NCBI RefSeq assembly: GCF_006345805.1
Contig: NC_042997.1
Span: 108,066,001-108,130,000, forward strand
DNA: 64,000 bases
From: Octopus sinensis
Lineage: Eukaryota
Direction: 5' to 3'
This document shows, in pieces, positions 11,963 through 24,150 of this stretch (positions are counted from its first letter, which is position 1; each line of letters begins with the position of its first letter). Below the pieces are notes generated by a model that had not been told where the DNA came from, ran no database searches, and worked only from the letters and a program-made list of their open reading frames with translations. Made by a program: the position numbers and the translations under genes.

Positions 11963-12297
11963 TGAAATAGAAAGATGAATAATCTTGTTGCAGATTAATC
12001 AAAAGTTTAACCGATACCTTGGTAGCAAAAATCACAGCAGAAGACAGCACGGTTGGAGGTACAACCATATGGTGTTGCAACCGTGCGCTGGTGCGGATAA
12101 TTGAATTTTAATATTATTAGTGAATTGAAGAAATGGAGTTGAACGAAGATTGAACAGAAATCGTTTTATTGCATTCTACACGTAACAGAAATCGTTTTAT
12201 TGCATTCTACACGTGTTTCGAAACACGTGTAGAATGCAATAAAACGATTTCTGTTCAATCTTCGTTCAACTCCATTTCTTCAATTCACTAATAATAT
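11961..12297. mobile_element. PLE pLTR-end composite in (TA)n, including a large palindrome
   Basis: Left 44 bp match 16397-16440 (42/44); 12111-12297 is an inverted pair of the pLTR tail also seen at 18685-18758. Confidence 0.7.
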
Positions 12298-12731
12298 ATA
12301 TATATATATATAAATAAAGAGAGAGAGAGAGAGAGAGATACACATATGTACATTTGATGTATGTATGCTTGTATGTATGTATGTATGTATGTATGTATGT
12401 ATGTATGTATGTATGTATGTATGCATGTATGTCTGTATGTATGTATGTATGTATGTATGCATGTATGTATGAGTGTGCGTGTTTGTTTGTATGTTATGTT
12501 ACGCTATATATGTATATGAAGGTGGCCCAGCACCAAGATCGTCGCGACGGAACAGTGTTCTATATAGGAAGTGGGCGGTTGTTGTTGACCTGTTCTCCAA
12601 ACCACGGTGAGCGGCATCATTCGAAAGTTAAAACGGCGCGAGGAAAAGCATTGTGACTAGCGGTGTTTGACAACATCCGATAGTCCGGTCAATACAATGA
12701 TGTATATATATATATAACCATTGAAACCCAC

Positions 12732-12922
12732 AAGTTTAATGGTAGACTTAGAAACAACTTCTGCTTCTTTAAAAATATTGATTTACTATAATGGTGACCG
12801 ATCCGAAATCTGATAATTCTCTTACTCTTATCGACTTCAGCGGAATTTGAACTCAGACCGTAAAGACCGACGAAATGCCGCTAAGCATTTAGCTCGTCGG
12901 GCTTACGATTCTGCCAGCTCGC
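12732..12922 (-). mobile_element. SINE family B with alternative tail B
   Basis: Head GCGAGCTGGCAGAATCG..GAGTTCAAATTCCGC; tail shared with 20687-20800. Confidence 0.75.
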
Positions 12923-12965
12923 TACCTCAACACAGTATATATATATATATATATATATATATTAC

Positions 12966-14173
12966 GCGAGAAAGAAGCAACAAGAATGGATAGGTTTTTA
13001 GTACAATCGTTTCATACAAGGACAGGTTTTATTAAAAGTTGTAAAAATTACAGCATATAAACGTGTCCCGTACTCATCAGCTAAAATACATGTGAGTTCT
13101 CTAGACATCCTAGTGGTTGAGGCTATACTCATGAAGTAATGTAGATAATTAAGTAACATAAACAGATTTCCAAAGTTCATTGAAGTTCTTTAAAGATGAT
13201 GTACAGTCTTATCACAGAATTTTAAAAAAGTTCTAATAGCATCACAGAGAAGGTGACCTAATCCATAGAGCACATATGAATTTCCAGAGATATGATGAGG
13301 GATTACATACTCACAGAAGACAAATTATCCATTGTTAATCACAACGAGGTGGGTCTCAATTCCTGCTTATTAGCATTACAGAGAGGGTGAATTAATCCTT
13401 TGTATAGATGCACAATTTCCAATGGTGTAGATGTAAGTTTCCAGAGAAATGAAGAGGAATTTCATATTCACAGGCGATAAATTTATCAATGGTTGAACAC
13501 AATAAGGTAGGTATCAATTCTTGTTATATGATTAGGTATTTGCCACATTAATCACATTACTGCTATTTACAAGAGGCTGTAGCTATTTAACTTTTAAAGG
13601 CTGAAGGGCTTTCTAGAGAGGCCAAGAATAGAAAGGGAAGGGAATAGAAGAAAAGAGAGAAAATAAAGGAGGAGGGAGCAAAAAAAGGGGGGGAAGGGGA
13701 CTAAAAGAGAAGAGAAAAGGAAAAAGAGAATAAGAAGAAACAGAAAAAAGAGAAAGAAATAGGGAAAGAAGGGAAAAAATAAAAATAAAAAAGGGGGTTC
13801 TAGTTATACAGAAGAATTAGTATCATCTTTAAAGAACTTCAATGAACTTTGGAAATCTGTTTATGTTACTTAATTATCTACATTACTTCATGAGTATAGC
13901 CTCAACCACTAGGATGTCTAGAGAACTCACGTGTATTTTAGCTGATGAGTACGGGACACGTTTATATGCTGTAATTTTTACAACTTTTAATAAAGCCTGT
14001 CCTTGTATGAAACGATTGTACTAAAAACCTATCCATTCTTGTTGCTTCTTTCTCGCTTATAATCACCCCACATTACTGTATTGTTTAAACAGTATAGTTT
14101 TTTTTGGTGCATCTAAGTTAGGTACCATAATCAAGTAAATTCATTTAAATTAACTTGAATCTTTATTGCTTTT

Positions 14174-14178
<5 letters not shown>
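12966..14178. mobile_element. 235-bp inverted repeats (12966-13200 and 13822-14056) around a 621-bp spacer; probable PLE inverted-pLTR insertion
   Basis: Arms differ at 2 positions; the right arm continues into a tail related to 15121-15230(-); (TA)n on both flanks; no TSD. Confidence 0.65.
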
Positions 14179-14224
<46 letters not shown>

Positions 14225-14313
14225 ATTACTTCCTGTACCCATATATGCATATGCATATATATATATATATATATATAATATATATATATATATATACACA
14301 TTTATACACACAC

Positions 14314-14344
<31 letters not shown>

Positions 14345-14357
14345 CATATATATATGC

Positions 14358-14388
<31 letters not shown>

Positions 14389-15040
14389 ATATTATATATA
14401 TATATTATATTTATTTAATTGAACGCCACGCATCCATTTCCAAGTAACTTTATCTTAACCTTTTGGATGCGATTCTACTCTATACTGTTTGCTTCCTCCG
14501 TCCTTCTCTAAGTCCCTTTTTCTATCCGTCTCTCTCTCTCCCTTCTTTCTCTTTTTCTCTCTCTCGCTGCTCACACGTGACCATCGTCCATCTTTTTTTC
14601 TTTTCGTGACCATCTTACTTTTTCTACACAGACGTTCAAAGGACTGGACATTTTCTTTCTCTCTCTTCTAGCTTTTCTCTTTTCAAAGAATATATTTCTC
14701 TCAACGTTCACTATTTTCCTCTCGTTCTGGTCTAACGACCCTCCATGCTTGTTTTTGTTGTATTCCTTGTATGTCTCCACTGTCCTGTTTTTGGTCCCAA
14801 CTTTAACCCTCCATAAACTTTAAATTTTATTTTAGAATTTATGGGAGCAACTGTCTTTGTAGACTCATATTGTCGTTGAATGCTCGAAATGAAGAGTAGA
14901 TAGGCAGCGGACAATTGATGACGCGTCGTTCTCTGTGTTTACTTATCCTGTTTTCCATTTTTCTCTTTGTGTATTTAACTCGTTTGTTTTCGTATTTCAT
15001 GTTGTTTACGCAGTTGGTGACGTCCTGTACCCATATATGC

Positions 15041-15114
<74 letters not shown>

Positions 15115-15225
15115 TATATAAGTTCAGTAAAAATTTAGATTCAGTTGAATATGGTACTTAAGTTAAAGGCACCAGAATTTGGTATGGGATTAATCCATAT
15201 AATTCAAAACGGGGTGATTATTTTG

Positions 15226-15274
<49 letters not shown>

Positions 15275-15275
<1 letters not shown>

Positions 15276-16308
15276 TAGCAGTACAACCCGGCCTTGCCCG
15301 GGATTAAGTTACGATTATTAAGCTAATCAAGTTTTTTATTTCAAACCATACTAAGTAATATAGACGTCAAATTTGGGCGAAATCCGTTGAAATTAGTTAT
15401 ATTATATATTATATATATTATATATATATAATATAATATAAATATATATGGGCAACAGACACGAGCACACATACACACACGTACGTACGTACACCTATTG
15501 CATGTTTTGTGCACGCATACATGTTCATAAACAGAAATGAATGGAAAAAATGTTGTTAAATTTGTAGATTAACACTCGCACAATTTTCACTAAGAAAAAA
15601 AATCGGTTTTTTTTGCATGGAATCGGGTTTTTTTGCATGGAATCAACTAAAACCCTTTTTGTGGCCCGTAAAACGGAGTGGGGTGTGGTGGAAGCCTCGC
15701 AAATTGTACCCATTTATATTGTGTAATTCACTGACAAATTCACTGACAAATTGTTACTCACCTCTTTGTTTCTTTGTTGTTAAATAAATGGATTGTCAAC
15801 AAAACACTTTTTTACTCGGCGTAAAATAAAAACAAAACTCTTTCGCACCAAAAGTAATGTGTGTGAAAGAGAGAGGGGGAGAAAGGTGAACGATTTAAAA
15901 TAAATAAATGATTTAAAATAAATATATTGTAATTGTTGTGTGAGAAAGTATATATACTATGATTATAAAATATAGTGTCTGTCAAAAACAAAACATTTTA
16001 CATTTTATTTTTTATGAACGTAGTCACTTACTCTCTCTCTCTCTCCCTCTCTCACTTTGTCTTTCCATTGAAACTCTCTGCCTCCTTCTTCCACTTTTCT
16101 TTATCTTTTTTTTTGTTAGACGCCATCAAAAAGCAATGGCTGATATTTGTTATGGTTAAAAGCTATGGTTGAAAATTGTTGAAAATAGATTTTTACCCTA
16201 TCCGTGAGTGCCTCGGCAACAAGTAAGTTGACAAAGCCCAGATAGGGTGTTGAAAAGTTTGAGCGACATGCGTGCTAATTTGTGGATGTGCATAAATTAC
16301 AATCACGT

Positions 16309-16340
<32 letters not shown>

Positions 16341-16360
16341 ACATCCTCCCTTTTATAGAT
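15275..16360 (-). mobile_element. Non-autonomous Helitron, second family
   Basis: Minus strand starts A|TCTATAAAAGGGAGG (about 16359) and ends CCCGGGCAAGGCCGGG..CTAG|T (15275); internal short tandem repeats and microsatellites. Confidence 0.65.
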
Positions 16361-16456
16361 ATGATATAAATAATATATATATATATATATATATTATGTG
16401 AAATAGAAAGATGAATAATCTTGTAGTAGATTAATCAAAACACCACGAACAGAATA

Positions 16457-18034
16457 GTGCAGAAAACTAAGAGCAGGTTAGCTAGGTTTTTTAATAGAAT
16501 GGGCATGAGTATAGTTTTTGATAATGAACTCACCAAGGCTAATTTCCTAGACGTTACACTTAACCTTAATAGCGACTCATACTGCCCTTACCATAAGCCT
16601 TCCACTAATTTGAAGTATGTCAGTGTCTTCTCAAATCATGCCAAAACCGACAATTTGGTTAAAAACATCTCTCTAAGATTGTCTGGCTTGTCCGCCAGTG
16701 CCGATATTTTTATGCAGAAAGCGGAATTTTATAACGCCGCACTATCCAAGGCCGGTTATAGGCAGAAGGTAATTTATATTGATCCGGCCCTTCCGATGCC
16801 ATCATTCGGTCATCAGGATAGGGCCGTATATAATAACATAAACAATTTAAGTAAGGACGGGAGCGCGGCGGATGCCGGGGTAGTCGCTCCCGCATTTAAT
16901 TTAGCGAACAAGGATAATTATCGGTCCGGGAGGTCTTACACTAACCCAAGACCCGTTATTCATCCGAGAATCACCCACCCGAATGCGAGAGCTGGCGTCC
17001 CGACCCATCACACTGATAGGAATAAGCATATATGGTTTGTAATCCCCTTTGGTAAGCAGATTAGAACTAACCTCCCCCTCATGTTTAGACAAGCCATCGC
17101 CAATAACTTCCCCAGAAATTCCAAATATTACTCCACGGTTAACTCGCATAAAGTTAGGATAGCTTTCTCCAACACTAAAAACCTCGCCCAGATAATCGCC
17201 TCCTATAATAATAGGCTACTTACTAAGACCCTATCACCTTTTTCCGGAGGCACAGCCTCTTCCGCTCCCGGTTTAATGCTCAGTAGGAATAATTATAGTA
17301 GTAATAATGATATGAGAGCCAGTACAGTGACACATAATCTCAGCTCCAGCCAGGGAGTACCCACTAGGGGTATAGTTATAAATAGGGGTGTTGTGGTTGA
17401 CGGTAACAATGGGAGTAGGGTAGAGAGCCCCAATAGCATCCCCAGCATCATTTCCCGCAATAGCAGCACCACGGGCACTAGCAATGACAGCACTCTGATA
17501 GATAGTGGAGAATCAGGGGTTATTCCTATAGTTAATAGTGACGTAGTGGAAAATAGAGTAGTAAGCGGCTGCAGGTCTCGGAACGAATATAGTGACAGGA
17601 ACGCAGTTCTAATTTCAGAAACTAATCCTAGCAGAATAAGATTCACGTCGGTGAACTCCAAGATCAAAAACGCCGTCTACCAATGCAAGGTTTACACGGA
17701 CTCAGATGTCTTCACTTATGTAGGGGCCTCATCCTCAAGATTGTCTTTGCGAGTCTCCAACCATTACGCAACTTTTCGGGACATGAACAAGCGCCAGACC
17801 ACGGGACTCAGCAAGCTAATATGGCGACTGAAGGATACGAACTTAAGCTACAGGCTGGAATGGTCAATTTTGTCGGTGGCCCTCCCATTTGATAGGGGCA
17901 GAAGGCAGTGCAACCTTTGTGTCTCCGAACTCTTCCATATTTTGTTTGCCAGAGGCCGGATGGTAAACGGGCTTTTACAGTCGGCTTTTCGATGCCCCCA
18001 TTGGCGGCGTTACACTTATCTGGCTTTTAAATAG
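16457..18034 (+). CDS. PLE ORF, 5'-truncated: RT C-terminus/thumb, linker, GIY-YIG endonuclease
   Basis: NFLDVTLNL..YCPYHKP, YVSVFSNH, YNAALSKAGY, IWFVIPF, AVYQCKV..YVGAS, RVSNHYATF, GLSKLIWRLK, CNLCVSE; no stop in 525 codons; begins after the YxDD motif. Confidence 0.9.
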   Translation: MQKTKSRLARFFNRMGMSIVFDNELTKANFLDVTLNLNSDSYCPYHKPSTNLKYVSVFSNHAKTDNLVKNISLRLSGLSASADIFMQKAEFYNAALSKAGYRQKVIYIDPALPMPSFGHQDRAVYNNINNLSKDGSAADAGVVAPAFNLANKDNYRSGRSYTNPRPVIHPRITHPNARAGVPTHHTDRNKHIWFVIPFGKQIRTNLPLMFRQAIANNFPRNSKYYSTVNSHKVRIAFSNTKNLAQIIASYNNRLLTKTLSPFSGGTASSAPGLMLSRNNYSSNNDMRASTVTHNLSSSQGVPTRGIVINRGVVVDGNNGSRVESPNSIPSIISRNSSTTGTSNDSTLIDSGESGVIPIVNSDVVENRVVSGCRSRNEYSDRNAVLISETNPSRIRFTSVNSKIKNAVYQCKVYTDSDVFTYVGASSSRLSLRVSNHYATFRDMNKRQTTGLSKLIWRLKDTNLSYRLEWSILSVALPFDRGRRQCNLCVSELFHILFARGRMVNGLLQSAFRCPHWRRYTYLAFK

Positions 18035-18614
18035 CGTTTATAAATAATACCGGCACCCATAGCCCTTGGTAACAAATTCTGAAATAGCCTTTAAGATATT
18101 TACGATTAACCACTGCAAGGGGAATTACTCCTGTAAGATAAACGGGGCTTGGTTTTTTCACAACGGGGGGTTACCTGACAAGGCAGGCTTAGATGAACAC
18201 ACACACACATAAAACATAATATATATTTTTTTCTGCCACCCAACGGTTCTTACTGCAGTAGCCACTGACAGCCGAACGATCAAACGCACACACGTACACA
18301 AAAAATGTTTTCTACCCCTACGCCAGCACACACATATATAGAACAGTATACACACACACGTCTCTAAGTAGATTTTTTCTCGCCCCTTATAAAACATCCA
18401 ATATTCCTTAAATAGTCAGAACTTTATTCTCGGTCACAAAGAACATCTACAAACCCTCACCCACATGATTGACCGATGCCTGACCCGTTAAATTCTTCAG
18501 CCACCGGTTCTCAACATACACTGATAAACAGTTTTGCCATGGGCTCTTAGGAGCCTAGTTCGATTTGTTTTGCTCCGCCTCTGTTCTGTTTTTGTTTTTT
18601 CCAACGGATTTCCT

Positions 18615-18705
18615 ATTTCTTCCTGAAGAGAAAGACACAATATGGTCCCATTATTCAATCGGATTTTGGTAAATTGTGCCTTTCGAAACACGTGTAGAAT
18701 GAAAT
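18615..18705 (+). ncRNA. Type I hammerhead ribozyme, canonical core, in a PLE pLTR
   Basis: CTGAAGA (18623-18629); stem II GAAAGACACAAT/ATTGTGCCTTTC (11/12 pairs); GAA; stem III ACACGTGT; GUA site at 18694-18696; stem I ATTTCTTC/GAATGAAAT with 1 bulge. Confidence 0.8.
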
Positions 18706-18754
18706 AAAACGATTTCTGTTCAATCTGCGTTCAGCTCCATTTCTTCAATTCACC

Positions 18755-18829
<75 letters not shown>

Positions 18830-18879
18830 TATTTATATTATATATATATTTTTTCTTTCTCCATATTCCCTTCTTATTC

Positions 18880-18915
18880 CTTTCAGTCGAAGAGCATCGG
18901 CGCGAAATGTGAAAG
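18880..18915 (+). ncRNA. Decayed variant hammerhead-like motif
   Basis: CTTT-CAGTCGA-A-GAGC..GCGC-GAA-ATGT-G-AAAG; same architecture as 9393-9427. Confidence 0.35.
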
Positions 18916-19000
18916 ACTTTTCCATTTTTCCCAAGCGTTAAGCTAATACACCTGCTTTTTTTCCCCTACACCTATATTCGTCTTGTTTGTAAATATGAAC

Positions 19001-19047
<47 letters not shown>

Positions 19048-19785
19048 TGTGTGTGTCTGTTTGTGTGTGTGTGTGTGTATATACGTGTGTGTGTATATAC
19101 GTGTGTGTGTATATACGTCCGTGTGTGTATGTGTATGTGTGTGTATGTGTGTGTGTGTGTGTGTGTGTGTAATTTGAGAGCTGAGAGTTCACAGCGAGTT
19201 ATTTCAAACTTCGTGTTGCCACTATTCACAGAACTCTGTGGTGTGTCTGTGTGTCGGTAGTGATGGCCATCCCTTTCTCGATCACACTCACCCCGCCAAT
19301 TTAATGTAGTTCGCAATTAACTTCTTTAGTTCCGAGCAAACACTTCCAAAAATTGGTTGAAAGTCACAGAAAACGAAAACTGATACAGCTTGGTGATGAA
19401 GTGTTTTGTACACAATGTTCTCTGAAAAACGAAATGAAAAACAAATCCATGAAAAATGTATAAAACGAATCAAGAAAAAGTCTGAAAGATTTGTTTAGTG
19501 AAGAAATATATGAGATTTCATGAATAACTGTTAAATAAGAAAATAGTTCTGGAAGTAAAAGAGTAAAACTTTAAAGAAATCTTTTTGTTTTGTTTCTTTT
19601 TTCCAAAATTAAGATTTAAAAAAAGTTCTGGCGAGTCTGGTGGTTCCATGAGGCCAACGGTTTATTTGTTGGACGAACTGGCGATGACAACACTGCCGCC
19701 GTCATCAGCTTTCACTATAGTTATATACATACACATACACATATAAACATATGTATATAGCGAGAAGAGGAGAGAGAGAGCGAGC

Positions 19786-19823
<38 letters not shown>

Positions 19824-19830
19824 GATAAAT

Positions 19831-19861
<31 letters not shown>

Positions 19862-20686
19862 AAGAGAGAAAGAAAAAGAACAAACATCACAAACCACGCT
19901 TTCTAAATACACCCTCTGGTGTTACGTAATATGTTTGTATGGCTTCTCTCACTATACACTGTTGTTATATAACACACATACACACACATATACATACACA
20001 TATATTTGCATTGTGTGTGTATATGTGTGTGTATGTGTGTGCGTATGACCTCTCATTAAACAACATATAACAGAACGTGTATGATGAGACAGGCCATACA
20101 AACAAATTATGTAACAACAGAGAGTGCATAATTAGAGGTCATACACACACACATACACACACACACACACACATATATATATTACACACACACGGAAACT
20201 CATACACAAACATACACACACATACACACACACACACATGACGCTCTTCAGCAAAATGATGCGTAGCTATTTAAAATAATCTTAATCAACTTCAAAGATG
20301 AAGAAAACTGAAAGAAGAAGATTTTCTTGGAATTTTTTGATGAAAGAAAGAAATACTTAAAATCTTTGCAAAAAAGACAATTTTTGAAAACCTTCCTACG
20401 ATAAAATGTGGAACAAGATTACCATTATTCACATATTGTACAGATTTATTCTTCGCTTGTATAAATTATTACTCCCCAGGGAATAATTTTACTTCGTGAC
20501 GCGAACCAATGTTCGAGAGTATTCCGTTAGGTTGATTGAATGGAACAAACATATTGATGCGTGGCAACATGAAACTTAAAGTAACTCGATGTGAAGTTTT
20601 CACTTCTAAAATAAACTCAATTTGATTTATTTGAGGTTTTTTTTTTTTTTTTCAAGTGCGACTATATTTTACTGCTTAGAACCCTT

Positions 20687-20870
20687 AAGTTTAATGGTTA
20701 ACTTAGAAACAACTTCCGCTTCTTAAAAAAAATATTGATTTACTATAATAGAAACCAATCTGGAATCTAATAATTTTCTTACTATTATCTTCGATCTCTG
20801 TAAATCTTTCAACGACCCCGAAAAGATGAAAGGTTAATGTCGACTTCGGCGGAATTTGAACTCAGAACAT
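20687..20870 (-). mobile_element. SINE family B fragment with tail B
   Basis: Core and B-box, plus tail matching 12732-12830. Confidence 0.7.
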
Positions 20871-23017
20871 AAGGATCGAAGAAGGATTTAACGCAGTATG
20901 GATATTATGTGGTATTCAGTAAGAATACAATAGAAATCATTCTAATCTTCAATTTGGATTAGTTTTCGGCTCATCTAATCTAATTAAATGCAAGAAAGCA
21001 ATCTAATATCTAACCCCACCCTAACGACAGCAAGCGTGCGAACCCTACACTATGCCGTTTAAACCAGAATTGTTTCACTGAAGATATAATATATCAGTGT
21101 AAAATAAATATTGCTAACTCCGCTAAAATACTTTTGGCCTCACCGCTAATCTTTTTAAGGTCCGATACAATCATCACACTTTTTTTTTCGTACGTCACTC
21201 TCAACGTATATTTGGGTCTTCAAAAATAGAAACATCCCATATAACATGACCTAGAGTTTCTTCAACCAGACTAACCATACACTGGAGATAGAAAGCCGCG
21301 TGGATTCTGTTTAGAAGATTTTTTTAATATTCTGTTAGCTTGGTTCGATCGATTTTTGATATTTTATCAAAACAGACCATCTGCAATCACATATTTCAAA
21401 ACTTACTAATAGTTGAAATTGTATTCTCCTCTCAATGTAATCGTTGTTACTGTGTATTCAGTGGAAGCCTTTTTATCTATAAATTCTAGTTCTCGCCTAT
21501 TTATGGTTCGTTCCTACATCGATACAAATTGGCAAACTATAATTGCTTGGACAAGAATCTACTCACTTCTAACATTTTGTGGATTGACACATCTGGTTTT
21601 ACACAAAGGTTGTTCCTTAAGTACCATACAATAAATTCGTTGATCATCGTGGTATTATCTAACTAGTTTTTGTATTACAGTATTACTTATTCTCAAACTC
21701 ATAATTCTCTTTGTTTTTCTCAGCATTTTTATTAAGGTTTCACTGCTTATCCACCCTTTCTAGCACCTTCCATACCTCTTTCAGCGTCTTTATCCTTTTA
21801 GACCTGGTCTTTTTTGTAGTCATTAAAACCAAACTAAATTATTTTTCACCTCACCTTAAATTATTTTTATTCAAATTGTATTAATTAGCTTTATGTTATA
21901 ATTTTATATTTGAAATGTAACTATTCCAATTATTCTTAATAATTCTAAGTTATCTTAATTAATTGGCAATGTTTTAACGAGTTCTAAATATAAGAATCTG
22001 CATCACAAAATTACTCCAAATAAATTCTTCGTCTCCAGTATATTACAGGTATTTAGTTAAATGCTGACCTTTTCTTTCCGCTTTCTTTACTATTCCCTTC
22101 TTTTTCTCTCCCCTTCTCTCACCGTTTTCGCACTCCCCTATCAACTTTTGTGTTTTCACTGACATTTTTTCCTTTTACCTATTTTTAAAATCTGTTTTTG
22201 AGTTTCCAGTTTATTTATTTATTTTTTTGTGGGAATCTGTCTTTTCACTGCTTCGACCTTTGTCGCTAACATCATCATCATTCCGGAAATTTGATTTCAT
22301 CACATCTTTTCACAACTGTCTCTTCTCTCCCTGTGCCAGGAAAACTACCACCAACAGTTACCACAGACAAGTTTCCCAACACTCCTTTTCCATTGACATT
22401 ACATCACAAACACGTATACTCACATACACATACACACACACTATATGTGTATGTATGTTTGTGCAATACTGTATCGCGGGAGGGTCATTCTGTCAACAAT
22501 ATCACACGCACTGGTTCACTTCATTATTAATTTATGTGTCCTCGTCTTACACTTACACATCTGTAAACTGTACAATGACTTTCTCACTGGGAAATGCAAC
22601 AATATCGATTTCAGCACAAAGTTTCACTTCAGAAGTCTGGCAAAATAAATACACACACACACAGGCACCGATACATACACACGGATACATGTGTGTGTGT
22701 GTGTGTGTGTGCACATATATAAATATACGTACATGTATGTATGTGTGTATGTATGTATGTATGTATGTATGTATGTATGTATGTATGTATGTATGTATGT
22801 ATCTATCTATCTATTTATCCGTCTATCTGCGTGTCTGTCTCTCAGTGTGTCTGTCTGTCTACATATATACATATAAAAATAATGTTGATAATGGTGATAA
22901 TGCGGAGGCAAATTATGATGTTAGTGGGGGGGGGGTTGCGGGTGGAAGGGGAGTAAAAGAAGGAGGTGAAAATGGTGGTGGTGGTGGTGGGGTAGATGTC
23001 CAGGAAAGTTATAATGA

Positions 23018-23267
23018 TGCTGTTGTTGTTGTTGATGATGATGATGATGATGATGACGACGACGATGATGATGATGTGATGATGATGATGATGATGACGA
23101 TGACGATATCGACGACGACGATGATGATGATGATGATGATGACGATGACGATGATGATGATGATGACGACGATGACGATGATGACGATGATAATTATGAT
23201 GATGATGATGACGACGATGACGATGATGATGATGATGACGATGATGATGATGATGATGATGATGATG
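23018..23267. repeat. (GAT)n/(GAC)n trinucleotide tract
   Basis: Directly visible; source of the poly-D/poly-M end of ORF 22227..23270. Confidence 0.95.
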
Positions 23268-23699
23268 TGAACATTTATGAAAAAGAACTTATATCCGACG
23301 TGTCAGGGTGGGTCAACCTCCAGAAAGTAAGACAGAAAAAAAGAAAAAAAATATGTAAGAAATTCATTTTGTTTTCTGACTCTGAAAGTTTGGTTTAGTT
23401 TTAAAGTTGGAACAACTCTGCCAAAAGACAGGAAGTGCAACGAAGAAAGAAAAACAAAAAAAGAAAAAAAAAAGAAAAGAAGAAAACAAAACAAAAGGCT
23501 ATGTTGTGTTTATATTCATAGAAACCCACTGACACACTCAAATATATCTTTATATATATATATATATATATGCACACATATGTCCTATATATTGAAATAC
23601 ACACACAAACGTGTGCGTGCGCGCATGTGCACGTGTGAGTGTTGGAATACACACGACGTCGATGTATGGCTGGTGTTTGCATACGTAAAAACGCAAGTG

Positions 23700-24150
23700 T
23701 CATTTGTTATATACGCACGTATGTATGCATGTGTGTCTATGTGCGTGTGTATGCGTGTATGTATGTATGCGTATGTGTGTGTATGTACGTATGTGTGCAT
23801 GTATGTATGTGTGTATGTGTGTATGTATGTACGTATGTGTGTGAATGTATGTGTGTGTGTATGTATGTGTGTGTATGTATGTGTGCATGTGTATGTATGT
23901 GTGTATATGTGTGTGTATGTATGTCTGTGTATGTGAGTGTATGTATGTGTGTGTATGTATATATGTATATATGTACATGTGTGCGTGTATGTATATATGT
24001 GTGTATGGATGGATGGATGGATGGATGAATGTATGGATGGACTGATAGACAGGCAGAGAACGGGTGCAATACAGGCGATGGTCTGTGTGTATTTGTGTGT
24101 ATGCGTTTCTATGTGTGTGAGTGTGGGTGTGTGTGTGCGTGCAGAGAGGT
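23700..24150. repeat. Degenerate (TG)/(TATG)/(GATG) microsatellite
   Basis: Directly visible. Confidence 0.95.

Noticed and set aside
13270-13530. Degenerate repeats vaguely like C2H2 zinc-finger linkers
   Set aside because: No frame gives CxxC/HxxxH spacing, and there are many stops.
13940-13970. CTGATGA-GTAC-GGGAC-ACGT as an active hammerhead
   Set aside because: GAAA is replaced by GGGA, and stems I and II are essentially missing; relic at best.
19190-19730. 5'UTR-like unique sequence with a short ATG ORF near 19650
   Set aside because: No splice donor or coding signal; the ORF runs into a microsatellite.
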